Shown piece after piece: positions 47,482 to 56,520 of a stretch of DNA of 64,000 nucleotides (its first letter is position 1; the number at the start of each line of letters is the position of its first letter). Under the pieces are notes generated by a model. The model was not told the DNA's origin. It ran no database searches and worked only from the letters and a program-made list of their open reading frames with translations. Source of the DNA: a virus (lineage: Duplodnaviria; Caudoviricetes). The translations under genes were made by a program, and so were the position numbers. The stretch lies in IMG/VR virus record IMGVR_UViG_3300042318_000959, positions 5,802 to 69,801 of that record; one strand, written 5' to 3'.

Positions 47482-48861
47482 ATGTATAAATTAAGGGATT
47501 ACCAAAGCATATCAGTAAGTAAAGGTTTAAGCGTATTAAATAGTGAAAAGGCAAAAAGAGAACTATTAGTATTGCCTACTGGTGCAGGAAAATCAATTGT
47601 AATAGCAGAGATTGTTAAGCAACTAAACGAACCCATCGTTATTCTACAGCCCTCAAAAGAGTTATTGGAGCAGAACTATCAAAAGTTTATTAATGTTGGT
47701 GGAGAAGCTAGTGTATACTCGGCATCGGCAGGCTCAAAAGAAATAGGAAAGGTAACATTCGCTACAATAGGCTCTATAAAAAAAGCTGTAGCCCAATTAA
47801 AAAGTTTAAAGGTTACTAAGATTATTATTGATGAATCACACATTGGGGTAAAGGGCGGTTCTCAACTACGTCTATTTTTAAATAGTCTAGGGGTGAATAA
47901 TGTCTTAGGGTTAACTGCGACTCCTTTTATTTTAGCAAGTTCTATGAATGGGGCCGAACTTAAAATGCTTACAAAGATTAAAGGTAAACTATTTACAGAT
48001 ATTTGTTATGTGCACCAGATAAATACTATGCTAGGGGATAATCATTGGACACCGTTGGAATACAGAGTTGTTGAACAAGACGATACTTTCTTAAAAATAA
48101 ACTCTTCCGGCTCTGATTATACAGAAGATAGTATGCAAAGCTTTTATAAGAATAATGACCTACAATCACAAATAGTTGATAATATAGAATTTTGTGTTGG
48201 GGAGGGTTCTAAGTCTATATTGGTATTTGTGCCAACAATAGAAGAAGCTGATAATCTAGCAAAAAGAATACCCGGCTCAAAGTCTGTAAGCTCTCTTACA
48301 CCAAAAAAAGAAAGGGACAGCATAATATCAGATTTTAAAAATAGAGATCTGCATGTTGTTATAAACGTAGGTATACTAACAACAGGATTTGACTACCCAG
48401 AACTTGAGACAATTATATTAGCTAGATCAACCATGTCGTTTGCACTGTACTACCAAATGATAGGACGTGGTGTGCGTATACATGATGATAAATATAAAAC
48501 TGTAGTTATAGACCTAAGCGAGAACTACAAAAGGTTTGGTAAGGTAGAAGATTTTACAGTAGACTATGTAGAGGGCTATGGGTGGGGTCTGTTTAAAGGT
48601 GAGAGTTTGATAAGTAATTATCCAATTGAAGCAAAGCATAGACCAAACAAAGCTAACTTAGTAAAGAAAAAGAACATAGCAACCCCCGTACTGCAAGTTG
48701 GGAGTAATAAAATGCCTTTTGGTAAATATAAAGACTTCACACTCCTAGATATTTTGAAAAAGGATAAAGGATACCTAGTTTGGATGTATGAGAAGTTTAC
48801 ATTCTACCCAAATCAAAAATGGCTAAAACTAGAAATAGCAACATTGTTAAATTTATCTTAA
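47482..48861 (+). CDS. SF2 DEAD/DEAH helicase (RadD/UvsW-like) with a C-terminal MPFGKY domain
   Basis: LPTGAGKS, IDESH, TAT, QMIGRGVR; C-terminal MPFGKYKD...L.DI...DKGYL.W. Confidence 0.9.
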   Translation: MYKLRDYQSISVSKGLSVLNSEKAKRELLVLPTGAGKSIVIAEIVKQLNEPIVILQPSKELLEQNYQKFINVGGEASVYSASAGSKEIGKVTFATIGSIKKAVAQLKSLKVTKIIIDESHIGVKGGSQLRLFLNSLGVNNVLGLTATPFILASSMNGAELKMLTKIKGKLFTDICYVHQINTMLGDNHWTPLEYRVVEQDDTFLKINSSGSDYTEDSMQSFYKNNDLQSQIVDNIEFCVGEGSKSILVFVPTIEEADNLAKRIPGSKSVSSLTPKKERDSIISDFKNRDLHVVINVGILTTGFDYPELETIILARSTMSFALYYQMIGRGVRIHDDKYKTVVIDLSENYKRFGKVEDFTVDYVEGYGWGLFKGESLISNYPIEAKHRPNKANLVKKKNIATPVLQVGSNKMPFGKYKDFTLLDILKKDKGYLVWMYEKFTFYPNQKWLKLEIATLLNLS

Positions 48862-48864
48862 AAA

Positions 48865-48896
48865 TTTGCATATTATAAATATTTTTTGTATCTTTG
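48865..48896 (+). promoter_or_regulatory. Bacteroidota-type promoter
   Basis: TTTG-N20-TATCTTTG. Confidence 0.75.
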
Positions 48897-48922
48897 CATA
48901 GAATATTAAAAATTAATAAAGT

Positions 48923-49906
48923 ATGGCAGAAGAAAAAGATCCGTTATTAGATGTTTTAGCTAATATGGATAAAAGGTTTGGAAAAGGTGCAGTTATTGTT
49001 GGCGACACTGTTATCCAAACTGAAAGACAAAGTACAGGATCATTAGGAATTGATATAATCACCGGTGGTGGTTGGGGAAAAGGAAGAATGGTTGAGATAT
49101 ATGGTCCGGAAAGCTCTGGTAAAACTACTCTTTGTATCCATACTATGATACAAGCACAAATAGACACTCCAGAAAAAAGAGTTGCTTTTATAGATGCAGA
49201 GCACGCATTTGATAGAAATTACGCAGAACATCTTGGATTAGATATGTCACAAGTGATAATTTCACAACCGGATAGTGGCGAACAAGCTCTTGAAATAGCA
49301 GAAGCTTTGATTGCATCAGGAAAAATATCAGTCTGTGTTATTGACTCAGTTGCCGCACTTACACCAAGAGCAGAGATTGAAGGCGAAATGGGAGATTCTA
49401 AGATGGGCCTACATGCCAGACTAATGTCACAAGCTTGTAGAAAATTAACAGGTGTTGTTAGTAAGACAAATACTGTACTACTTTGGACCAATCAGATTAG
49501 AATGAAAATAGGAGTGATGTTCGGTAGCCCAGAAACGGTTCCTGGAGGAGAGGCTCTTAAATTTTATGCCTCTACTAGAATAGATATTCGTAAAAGCAAA
49601 GGTGATGAAGATAAAGATGGAAATGTTATTAATAGCCACGTAAAAGTAAAAACTATTAAGAATAAATTGGCACCCCCTTTTCAAGTGACTAAGTTTGACA
49701 TTGTATTTGGAGAAGGTATTGATAGATCAAGTGAGATACTAGCAATTGGGGAAGAGATTGGAGTTATTGAGAAAAAAGGTTCGTGGTTTAACTATGGAGA
49801 AACCAAACTGGGCCAAGGAGGAGTGAATGTTAAGCAGTTATTGAAAGATAATCCAGAACTATCAGATGAAATTGAAATTAAGATTAGACAATACTTTAAT
49901 ATCTAG
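48923..49906 (+). CDS. recA: RecA recombinase
   Basis: GPESSGKTT, FIDAEHA, IDSVAALTPRAEIEGEMGD, ARLMSQA.RKL, GG.ALKFYAS.RIDIR. Confidence 0.97.
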   Translation: MAEEKDPLLDVLANMDKRFGKGAVIVGDTVIQTERQSTGSLGIDIITGGGWGKGRMVEIYGPESSGKTTLCIHTMIQAQIDTPEKRVAFIDAEHAFDRNYAEHLGLDMSQVIISQPDSGEQALEIAEALIASGKISVCVIDSVAALTPRAEIEGEMGDSKMGLHARLMSQACRKLTGVVSKTNTVLLWTNQIRMKIGVMFGSPETVPGGEALKFYASTRIDIRKSKGDEDKDGNVINSHVKVKTIKNKLAPPFQVTKFDIVFGEGIDRSSEILAIGEEIGVIEKKGSWFNYGETKLGQGGVNVKQLLKDNPELSDEIEIKIRQYFNI

Positions 49907-49908
49907 AT

Positions 49909-50373
49909 ATGCCGATATATAATTGGATTCATAATGGACACGACATTACTAGTATAGCAGATATGCAAAGACATTGCCCCAAAGTATGGGGCTTTGTTTA
50001 CAAGTTGGTCCTATATAAGAAAGGTACTAGAACTATTGAGTTTGAGTACATAGGAAAAAAGAATGTGTATTCTAAACGCAAAAGAGTCTTTGGAAAAAAA
50101 GAAACAGAAGCACTAGGAGACAAACGTAAGAAAAACTACGAGCATGTTATCAAAGAATCAGACTGGAAAAAATATATTTCTAGCAATAAGTTTATAAAGC
50201 TCAATAGCACAAAGTTTGACATCTCTAGGGAGATACTAATTTTTTCTACAAATGACAATGATCTAACATATCAAGAAGCAAAAGAAATTATTTGCTCAGG
50301 GGCTTTAGAAGACTGTAGATTTTTAAACGATGCAGTTTCAATACGTAGATTTGGTAAAAAAATAGTTAATTAA
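49909..50373 (+). CDS. GIY-YIG-like nuclease
   Basis: GFVYKL...YIGKK...ESDWKKY...REIL. Confidence 0.65.
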   Translation: MPIYNWIHNGHDITSIADMQRHCPKVWGFVYKLVLYKKGTRTIEFEYIGKKNVYSKRKRVFGKKETEALGDKRKKNYEHVIKESDWKKYISSNKFIKLNSTKFDISREILIFSTNDNDLTYQEAKEIICSGALEDCRFLNDAVSIRRFGKKIVN

Positions 50374-51056
50374 TGAGACCGACAAAAGAAAAAGCAAATC
50401 CTGCTAGAGAACCAAGAGTTTTAAAAAATGAAATCAAATACAAAATAACTCTTGACGAAGATCAAAAAAAAGTAAAAGAGTCTATTTATTCAAGCGAGAT
50501 TATCGTTATAACAGGGTATGCCGGATCAGGTAAATCTTTAGTTACCGCACAAAGCATACTTGATCTAGTATTTAAGAAAGAAGCCAACCAAGTGTACGTT
50601 ACTAGATCCGCAGTAGAAGTTGGTAAATCACTAGGGTTTCTACCCGGAGAATTAGATGCTAAGTTTGATCCATATATTGAGGCCTTTAGAGATAACTTAT
50701 ACAAATGCTACGATAAGGACAAAGTAGACAAACATATTAAGGACGGTCAGATACAAGGCCTACCGGTACAGTATATACGAGGTAAGACTGTTGATAATGG
50801 CCAAGTGTTGGTTGTAGAAGAAGCCCAAAACTTGACAAAACACGAAATGTTGGCTATCCTAACAAGACTAGGAAAAGGTGGTAAGATAATTATCAATGGG
50901 GATAATGAACAAAGTGATATTAAAGAGGCCTACACAGGATTACACTATGTTATGGATTTAGCAAAAGCAATACCAGAAATAAGATGGCATAAACTAAAAT
51001 CTAATCATAGATCAGAGCTTATTTCAAAAATATTAGATTTTGAGCATAAAAAATAA
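50373..51056 (+). CDS. phoH: PhoH-like ATPase
   Basis: GYAGSGKS, LGFLPG, YIRGKT, EEAQN, LTRLG...GD..Q.D, HRS. Confidence 0.92.
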   Translation: MRPTKEKANPAREPRVLKNEIKYKITLDEDQKKVKESIYSSEIIVITGYAGSGKSLVTAQSILDLVFKKEANQVYVTRSAVEVGKSLGFLPGELDAKFDPYIEAFRDNLYKCYDKDKVDKHIKDGQIQGLPVQYIRGKTVDNGQVLVVEEAQNLTKHEMLAILTRLGKGGKIIINGDNEQSDIKEAYTGLHYVMDLAKAIPEIRWHKLKSNHRSELISKILDFEHKK

Positions 51057-51063
51057 AAATAAA

Positions 51064-51095
51064 TTTGGTAGTTTCAAAAAATTGTTGTACCTTTG
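51064..51095 (+). promoter_or_regulatory. Bacteroidota-type promoter
   Basis: TTTG-N20-TACCTTTG. Confidence 0.75.
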
Positions 51096-51115
51096 CAAAG
51101 AATTAAAAGATATAT

Positions 51116-51292
51116 ATGAGTGAAGAGATAAAATTTACTTATTACCTAGATGGGGAAAAAGTAGAAAGAGATAGTATAAACTGGGAGACTAATATAACAG
51201 TCAGAGTAGTTGGGGATAAAGTAAATATTACAACACTAAAAGAAGGCTACCTCTCAACTAGGCACAAAGCAAGAATAAACGATTTTATTTAA
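51116..51292 (+). CDS. Small hypothetical protein (58 aa, not in the ORF track)
   Basis: MSEEIKFTYYLDGEKVERDSINW... directly after a promoter. Confidence 0.65.
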   Translation: MSEEIKFTYYLDGEKVERDSINWETNITVRVVGDKVNITTLKEGYLSTRHKARINDFI

Positions 51293-51301
51293 AATAGAAG
51301 T

Positions 51302-51712
51302 ATGAGTGAATTTATAGGATTAACTGTTATAACAGTAAGATTAAAAAAAGAAACAGAAGACAACATCACAAAATCATTTTTAGGAGACACTAAAAAAGGC
51401 TCATCTAAAGATGATTATGGAAGAGATGCAGAGTTTTATAGAGAGCTTGGGATAAATCCTCCAGAGGAATTAGAGTCCGGCAAACAAAAAAATAAAACCG
51501 GATCATTCAAAGTAAGCGAGAGTGATTTAGAAACTATAGAAAGCCCGGCAATGTTTAGGCTAGATAGCCTAGTATTTTTTGTAGCAGGTGAGAAGGAAGG
51601 ATCTACAATCTACCTAGATATAGATTATAAAGCTTCTGTAAAAGAAACAGTAAGAGAGATTGAATTAAAAATTAATAAGTTAAGTAAAAAAAGTAAAGAT
51701 GTCGTTAAGTAA
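51302..51712 (+). CDS. Hypothetical protein
   Basis: 136 aa, AGT-ATG start context. Confidence 0.65.
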   Translation: MSEFIGLTVITVRLKKETEDNITKSFLGDTKKGSSKDDYGRDAEFYRELGINPPEELESGKQKNKTGSFKVSESDLETIESPAMFRLDSLVFFVAGEKEGSTIYLDIDYKASVKETVREIELKINKLSKKSKDVVK

Positions 51713-52436
51713 AAATTATTTGCAGTTAGAGTTCGGATCAGGTCATTTCTTTGACTATTCAAAAGAACAAAAAGATGGGTATGTAAAACATGTATCTACA
51801 AAAGGTAACGAGAGTTATAGAAAATACTACAAAGATGGAGTAGAAGGTACTCTAGACTCTGTATCTATCTATGACGGTAAGTTTGGACAACAAATATCTA
51901 TCAGCCTAAAGAAAGATGATGAGATATACTACTTACCAGTAGCTATCTATGATCAAAAAGGCCAAGTAGACAATACGTATGCTGAGAGTTTGATTAAATT
52001 GTTACCACAATTAGAAAAAGGGCAGAACCTAGCTATAATGGGTTATAATTTTAAACCAGAAGATAGCCAGTACTCAAAAATTGGGTTTAGCATAAAAGTT
52101 AGTGGTGAAAAATTAAAATCTACTATCACTAATAGCTACTACAAAGATGGAGCGTTAGTTGAAGGAGATGTTCCACCAATGGTTTGGGTAGAAAAACTAG
52201 GAAAGAAAAAACCATCTGCCGCATCTATCGAAGCAAAAGATTCTTACTTGCTAGAGTTATTACAGAGAGAGGAAAAAAGGTTGACTTGGAAAAAAGAAGA
52301 TTCTAACTCTACAGAGCAAGCCCCAAAAGAGGAAAAATCAGCTCCAGCTAAAATCCCAACACCAACAGCAGAGGAAGCATTTGGTACACCGCCAGCAGCC
52401 TTATTAGAGGATGATGAAGATGATTTACCATTTTAA
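51699..52436 (+). CDS. Putative single-stranded DNA-binding protein
   Basis: Beta-rich N-terminus, low-complexity linker and acidic C-terminal EDDEDDLPF tail. Confidence 0.65.
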   Translation: MSLSKNYLQLEFGSGHFFDYSKEQKDGYVKHVSTKGNESYRKYYKDGVEGTLDSVSIYDGKFGQQISISLKKDDEIYYLPVAIYDQKGQVDNTYAESLIKLLPQLEKGQNLAIMGYNFKPEDSQYSKIGFSIKVSGEKLKSTITNSYYKDGALVEGDVPPMVWVEKLGKKKPSAASIEAKDSYLLELLQREEKRLTWKKEDSNSTEQAPKEEKSAPAKIPTPTAEEAFGTPPAALLEDDEDDLPF

Positions 52437-52458
52437 TTATTAAACCAAATTTATAAAA

Positions 52459-52752
52459 ATGTCAAAAGAGAACAAAATTTCAGAAGAGCATTTAGATGCA
52501 CTAAAAGTATTCACTAATTTTTTTACAAATGCTAAGTTGGCATTTGGTGAAGCAGCCCTAAAATACGAAGGTATAAAAGAGAATATCATATCTCAAACAA
52601 AAGCCAAAGACGAGGAGTTTGTAGAATTTCAAAAGGAGCTCCAAGCAGCTTATGGTAGAGTTCATATCAGCATTGATACTGGTATCTATACACCAGTAGA
52701 AGAAGAAGAGCAATCTGGCGAGTATTCAGAAGTTATTGAAGATATAAAATAG
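52459..52752 (+). CDS. Coiled-coil protein, prefoldin-like size and pattern
   Basis: Long helix - short beta (YGRVHISIDTG) arrangement, 97 aa. Confidence 0.45.
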   Translation: MSKENKISEEHLDALKVFTNFFTNAKLAFGEAALKYEGIKENIISQTKAKDEEFVEFQKELQAAYGRVHISIDTGIYTPVEEEEQSGEYSEVIEDIK

Positions 52753-52755
52753 ATT

Positions 52756-53166
52756 ATGATAGAAGAAATAAAAAATCCAATGAACTATGGTTACTTTGGA
52801 GACGAGCAGATTATAATTAGTGCTAGAGAATTTATGTCGCTAAAAGCGGCTGTTGAACATGGTATAAATGCTACATCAGAGAGCTATATGCCAGAAGTAT
52901 TAAAGTATGTAAATACTGAAGACTCTTCTTTAGTAGAATCACCAAGTGAGGAAGATTTAATCTCTGGAAAAGTTGTACCTGTAACAGACAGAGAAGCTAC
53001 ATTTAATCCCAGAAATGTTAAATTTAAGTATTCTACAAAACTTACCCCAGATATGGTAGACGCACAGCAATTGATTATGGAAATCCATACTCGTAACGTT
53101 GAGAGCGGAAATGCCAAAACTAGAGAAGAGTTAGAAGCAGCAAGTACAGCTAAAGAAAGTAAATAG
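52756..53166 (+). CDS. Hypothetical protein
   Basis: 136 aa, tightly packed. Confidence 0.65.
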   Translation: MIEEIKNPMNYGYFGDEQIIISAREFMSLKAAVEHGINATSESYMPEVLKYVNTEDSSLVESPSEEDLISGKVVPVTDREATFNPRNVKFKYSTKLTPDMVDAQQLIMEIHTRNVESGNAKTREELEAASTAKESK

Positions 53167-53168
53167 TT

Positions 53169-53477
53169 ATGGAGAATGATCAATTACTTTCGATCTATCT
53201 CAAACAAAGCTTAGCTGCTGTTAAACAGCAATTAGGGGGGGTATGTACTTACCTCTCCTTTTCAAAAGAGAAATCAGTAAATAAGGACACTGGTATTTTG
53301 GAAGAGTATGATGCATTTATCGCACAAATCAAGAATAATCTTGGGGGTAAAGATAAAGTTATATACAGAATAGATAAACCGCTAGAATTATTAGTGGCAG
53401 AAGATTTCAAAACGCTGATGTATAACCTAAATGAAAAAATATATGAGCGAGGAGAATCCGATACAGAAGGAATATAA
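53169..53477 (+). CDS. Hypothetical protein
   Basis: 102 aa, tightly packed. Confidence 0.6.
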   Translation: MENDQLLSIYLKQSLAAVKQQLGGVCTYLSFSKEKSVNKDTGILEEYDAFIAQIKNNLGGKDKVIYRIDKPLELLVAEDFKTLMYNLNEKIYERGESDTEGI

Positions 53478-53631
53478 CTCTTTCAAAGAATCAGGAGATT
53501 TAAAAATCTTATTTCCTGGTCTTTCCGGGAATTGGGAAAAAGATAAAGCAAAATTTACAAAGATTTGGCAAGAAAATCAGAGTTTTTTAAAAGAGGCCGA
53601 CAGTTTCTATGCAAATAAAAAAGAAAAATAA
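53443..53631 (+). CDS. Hypothetical protein
   Basis: 62 aa (MSEENP...); its stop abuts the groEL start. Confidence 0.55.
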   Translation: MSEENPIQKEYNSFKESGDLKILFPGLSGNWEKDKAKFTKIWQENQSFLKEADSFYANKKEK

Positions 53632-55170
53632 ATGTTAAAAATAGGAAAAGAAGCTAAAGAATCTTTAATAAAAGGTATTAACACAGTATCAGATGCTGTT
53701 AAGACTACAATGGGTGCAGAAGGAAAAACTGTTATCATCGAAAATAAAATGGGTTTTAAACCACATATTACTAAAGACGGAGTAACTGTTGCAGAAAGTA
53801 TTCATCTTGAAGATGCTTATGAAGAACTTGGTGCAAAACTTATAAAGGAGGCCGCAAGAAGAACTGTAGATTTAGTAGGGGACGGAACAACAACTGCCAC
53901 TGTTATTACACAAGAGTTGATAAATAGAGGAATAGAAAAACTTGATTCTGGGGTATCTCATGTAGAGCTTAGAGAAGGAATGGCTATTGCACTAGATGAT
54001 ATAAAATCTGCTTTGAAGTCTCTTAAAAAAGACGTAGGAGAAAAAGAAGTAAAGCAAATTGCAACTATCTCTGCAAATAACGATACTATCATTGGAGAGA
54101 TTATTGCAGATGTCTACAAAAAGATCGGTGTAGACGGTACAGTTGACGTACAAGAAGGTGTTGCCAAAGACACTACGGTTAACTATATTGAGGGTATGTC
54201 TTTAGATCGAGGTTGGGCTTTGCCACACTTTATATCAGACTCTAGTACAGCTACAGCAGAACTTATTGACACTTACATTCTAATATACGATGGGAAGATC
54301 AATGCAGTAAACGATATTGCAGAGCATGTAAGAAAAGCTCAGTCAGAAGGCAAAGGATTACACATATTTGCAGAAGATCTAGACGAAGGTGTAATGACTA
54401 TGCTTGTTAAGAGTAAAATACAAGGTACTTTTAGAGTATCTGTTACTCTGAACCCAGACTTTGGTGCAAATAGAACGAGCATCCTTGAGGATCTCGCTAT
54501 TTTCACAGGGGCTGAAGTCTTCACCCCCAAATTTTCGACAAAAGTAGTTCTTGGGTATGCCGCAAAGACCATATCTGATAAAATTAGAACTGTTGTAATT
54601 TGTGATTCGCAAAGTGAGAATCTATCAAGCCGAATTGAGGACTTAAAACAGCAAGTGGACAACACAGAAGATGTTGTAGACAAAGGTAAATTAATCAAAA
54701 GACTGTCTAACTTGAGAAACGCAGTAGCAATCGTCACTGTTGGGGGAGTTACAGATCTTGAAGTTAAAGAAAAGAAGGATAGAATTGACGATGCCGTTAG
54801 TGCAGTGAAATCTGCATTAGAGGGGGGTTATGTAGCAGGAGGTGGAGCAACACTTCTGTTCATATCTAAGTATCGAATGAAAAGAAAGCTAAAAGGAGGC
54901 AAAAAAGATGGATATGAGTTGTTGAAAGCAGCAATACAAAAACCATTTGAGCAAATTTTAGCAAATGCAAGCTTAGAAAAAGACAAGTATGAGCCAAGAC
55001 TCCGAGTTTACGGTAAAGGCATCAATGTCAAAACTAGAAAAGTTGAGAATTTACTAGAAAGAGGGGTCATAGACTCAGCAAAAGTGGTGGAAGTCTCTCT
55101 AGAGAATGCGAATTCAGTGGCATCACTGGTTCTACAAACAGATTGTATCATAACAAGTGCCGGACTATAA
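53632..55170 (+). CDS. groEL: Group I chaperonin GroEL-like
   Basis: ITKDGVTVA, GDGTTTAT, QIATISAN, EGMSLDRG, KEKKDRIDDAVSA, VAGGG, GVIDSAKV. No GGM tail. Confidence 0.95.
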   Translation: MLKIGKEAKESLIKGINTVSDAVKTTMGAEGKTVIIENKMGFKPHITKDGVTVAESIHLEDAYEELGAKLIKEAARRTVDLVGDGTTTATVITQELINRGIEKLDSGVSHVELREGMAIALDDIKSALKSLKKDVGEKEVKQIATISANNDTIIGEIIADVYKKIGVDGTVDVQEGVAKDTTVNYIEGMSLDRGWALPHFISDSSTATAELIDTYILIYDGKINAVNDIAEHVRKAQSEGKGLHIFAEDLDEGVMTMLVKSKIQGTFRVSVTLNPDFGANRTSILEDLAIFTGAEVFTPKFSTKVVLGYAAKTISDKIRTVVICDSQSENLSSRIEDLKQQVDNTEDVVDKGKLIKRLSNLRNAVAIVTVGGVTDLEVKEKKDRIDDAVSAVKSALEGGYVAGGGATLLFISKYRMKRKLKGGKKDGYELLKAAIQKPFEQILANASLEKDKYEPRLRVYGKGINVKTRKVENLLERGVIDSAKVVEVSLENANSVASLVLQTDCIITSAGL

Positions 55171-55417
55171 TATGAAACCACTATTTCAAAGAGTTCTACT
55201 AAGAGTAGAGACAGCAAAAGCAGCAGAATTATTCGGAGAAGAGCCGGATAAACCCAAGGTATATCTAGAGGACATAGCAGAGGACTGCAATCAGTGCCTT
55301 ATAGCACTATTGGGTAAACAGGTTCTATTCAATGGTGTTATCGCAGAGGTTGTAGAAGAGACTGATGATCACAAAATAGTATTAACACATGAGACCAATT
55401 TATTGATGTCTTATTAA
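55157..55417 (+). CDS. Divergent GroES-like co-chaperonin
   Basis: 86 aa; MKPLFQRVLLRV resembles the GroES (I/L)KPL.DRVLV start; ends HETNLL like E.DIL. Overlaps the groEL stop. Confidence 0.55.
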   Translation: MPDYNMKPLFQRVLLRVETAKAAELFGEEPDKPKVYLEDIAEDCNQCLIALLGKQVLFNGVIAEVVEETDDHKIVLTHETNLLMSY

Positions 55418-55440
55418 CCCCCCTATAAGGCACAAGTTAA

Positions 55441-55526
55441 GCCCTGTCGCTATTGGGGTGTCTCCCAGTAGTTCTGAATCCAGCCAAAAGGCGTAGGTGG
55501 TGTTAAGGTACAGGTACAATTAGGGC
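55441..55526 (+). ncRNA. Candidate structured RNA or cis-regulatory leader
   Basis: Closing stem GCCCT/AGGGC, hairpin CTATTGGG/CCCAGTAG, hairpin GCC-AAAA-GGC. Confidence 0.35.
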
Positions 55527-55547
55527 ATTTTAAAAAAAACACAAGAA

Positions 55548-55931
55548 ATGGATTATTCAAATTTATTAGGGATTAGCGGTAACGGCTCATTACTGGGCTA
55601 CAGCGGAACAACACATGGTGGATCAACAACTGGCATATCCACACCCACAGTATCATGGCCAACCACAAACTTCCCAACATACGATGGTTCAAGTTTATTA
55701 GCCGTATCAAGTTTTAACATAAAAAACACAAAAAACATGCAATCAAAATTAGTAGTATTTAAAGTAGAAAGAGACGAAAAAGGGGATGTAAAATCATCTA
55801 CTTTCTTGAAAGAGTTCTGGGTAGAGAAACTACCAAATGTATCAATCGAGTTATTAGCAGTGAAAGAATTAGAGCCAGGGTTTGAGCCTAATGACATAGT
55901 AGTCAAAGAGATTCTTACAGTATACTTGTAA
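55548..55931 (+). CDS. Hypothetical protein (true start may be ATG at 55738)
   Basis: Low-complexity S/T/G N-terminal half and a globular C-terminal 64 aa. Confidence 0.55.
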   Translation: MDYSNLLGISGNGSLLGYSGTTHGGSTTGISTPTVSWPTTNFPTYDGSSLLAVSSFNIKNTKNMQSKLVVFKVERDEKGDVKSSTFLKEFWVEKLPNVSIELLAVKELEPGFEPNDIVVKEILTVYL

Positions 55932-55934
55932 TAA

Positions 55935-56158
55935 GGAAATTAGCCCTCTGGCGGTGCACCGTTATGGATCGAAGATGGAGATTACTGATACGATTGAAAT
56001 AAAAACCTCTTCGGAGTTATCGTATAGGCGAGGATGCTCCCCGGAACGTATGCCGGCACAGTTGTAGCTCTGGGGATAATTCAAAAGCTACAAAAAATTG
56101 GGGGCAGGACAAAAACCTGGACAGCTTCTAAGGCAGGGTTAAATCTGGACAGCCCCCA
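55935..56158 (+). ncRNA. Candidate structured ncRNA upstream of the tRNA
   Basis: ATACGAT/ATCGTAT enclosing CTC-TTCG-GAG, CCGG/CCGG, TTGTAGCT/AGCTACAA, GGGGGC/GCCCCC-A. Confidence 0.45.
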
Positions 56159-56164
56159 TAATAT

Positions 56165-56238
56165 TGCGTTAAAGTGTAATGGTTGCATGGGACTCTCATA
56201 AGGTCTACGGGGTGGTTCGATTCCACACTACGCTACTA
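56165..56238 (+). tRNA. Degenerate tRNA with CAT anticodon (Met/Ile2-type), possibly a pseudo-tRNA
   Basis: D-arm GTGT-AATGGTT-GCAT, anticodon arm GGACT-CTCATAA-GGTCT, T-arm GTGG-TTCGATT-CCAC. The acceptor stem has mismatches and there is no encoded CCA. Confidence 0.6.
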
Positions 56239-56249
56239 AAATATAAAGT

Positions 56250-56519
56250 ATGAAAGCAGGATATATAGCAATGAGAAATGCTAAAAAGGTGGACATCAAC
56301 TGGTTCTACCATTATTACATACAAGAGAAAGGGCCAATAGAGCCACAGAAATTTGTAGATGTTTTTGAATATGAGGTCCAAAGAATCCAGGTTCCAGGAG
56401 GATATGTAGAAAACAAAACAGTAAGAAATAAGCAGCCTATAATAGAGCACTTAGACAAAAAGTTTGAATTAACCATACTCTTCAGCAAAGAAGGAGAGTT
56501 CATAAAAGTAGTAGAGTAA
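56250..56519 (+). CDS. Hypothetical protein
   Basis: 89 aa, AGT-ATG start. Confidence 0.65.
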   Translation: MKAGYIAMRNAKKVDINWFYHYYIQEKGPIEPQKFVDVFEYEVQRIQVPGGYVENKTVRNKQPIIEHLDKKFELTILFSKEGEFIKVVE

Positions 56520-56520
56520 G

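Noticed and set aside
55430-55530. Pistol ribozyme or canonical TPP riboswitch
   Set aside because: TTAAGCCCT and TTAGGGC resemble pistol words but are in the wrong order with no P1/P2. The TPP pyrimidine-sensing UGAGA is absent.
56100-56158. Amber-suppressor mini-tRNA (TTCTAAG loop within GGGGGC...GCCCCCA)
   Set aside because: Only a 2-bp anticodon stem and no proper T-arm, and the genome shows no TAG recoding. Kept only as part of the structured-RNA candidate.
55935-56238. tmRNA or RNase P RNA
   Set aside because: No tag reading frame ending in ALAA-like residues, and no recognisable RNase P P4 consensus.
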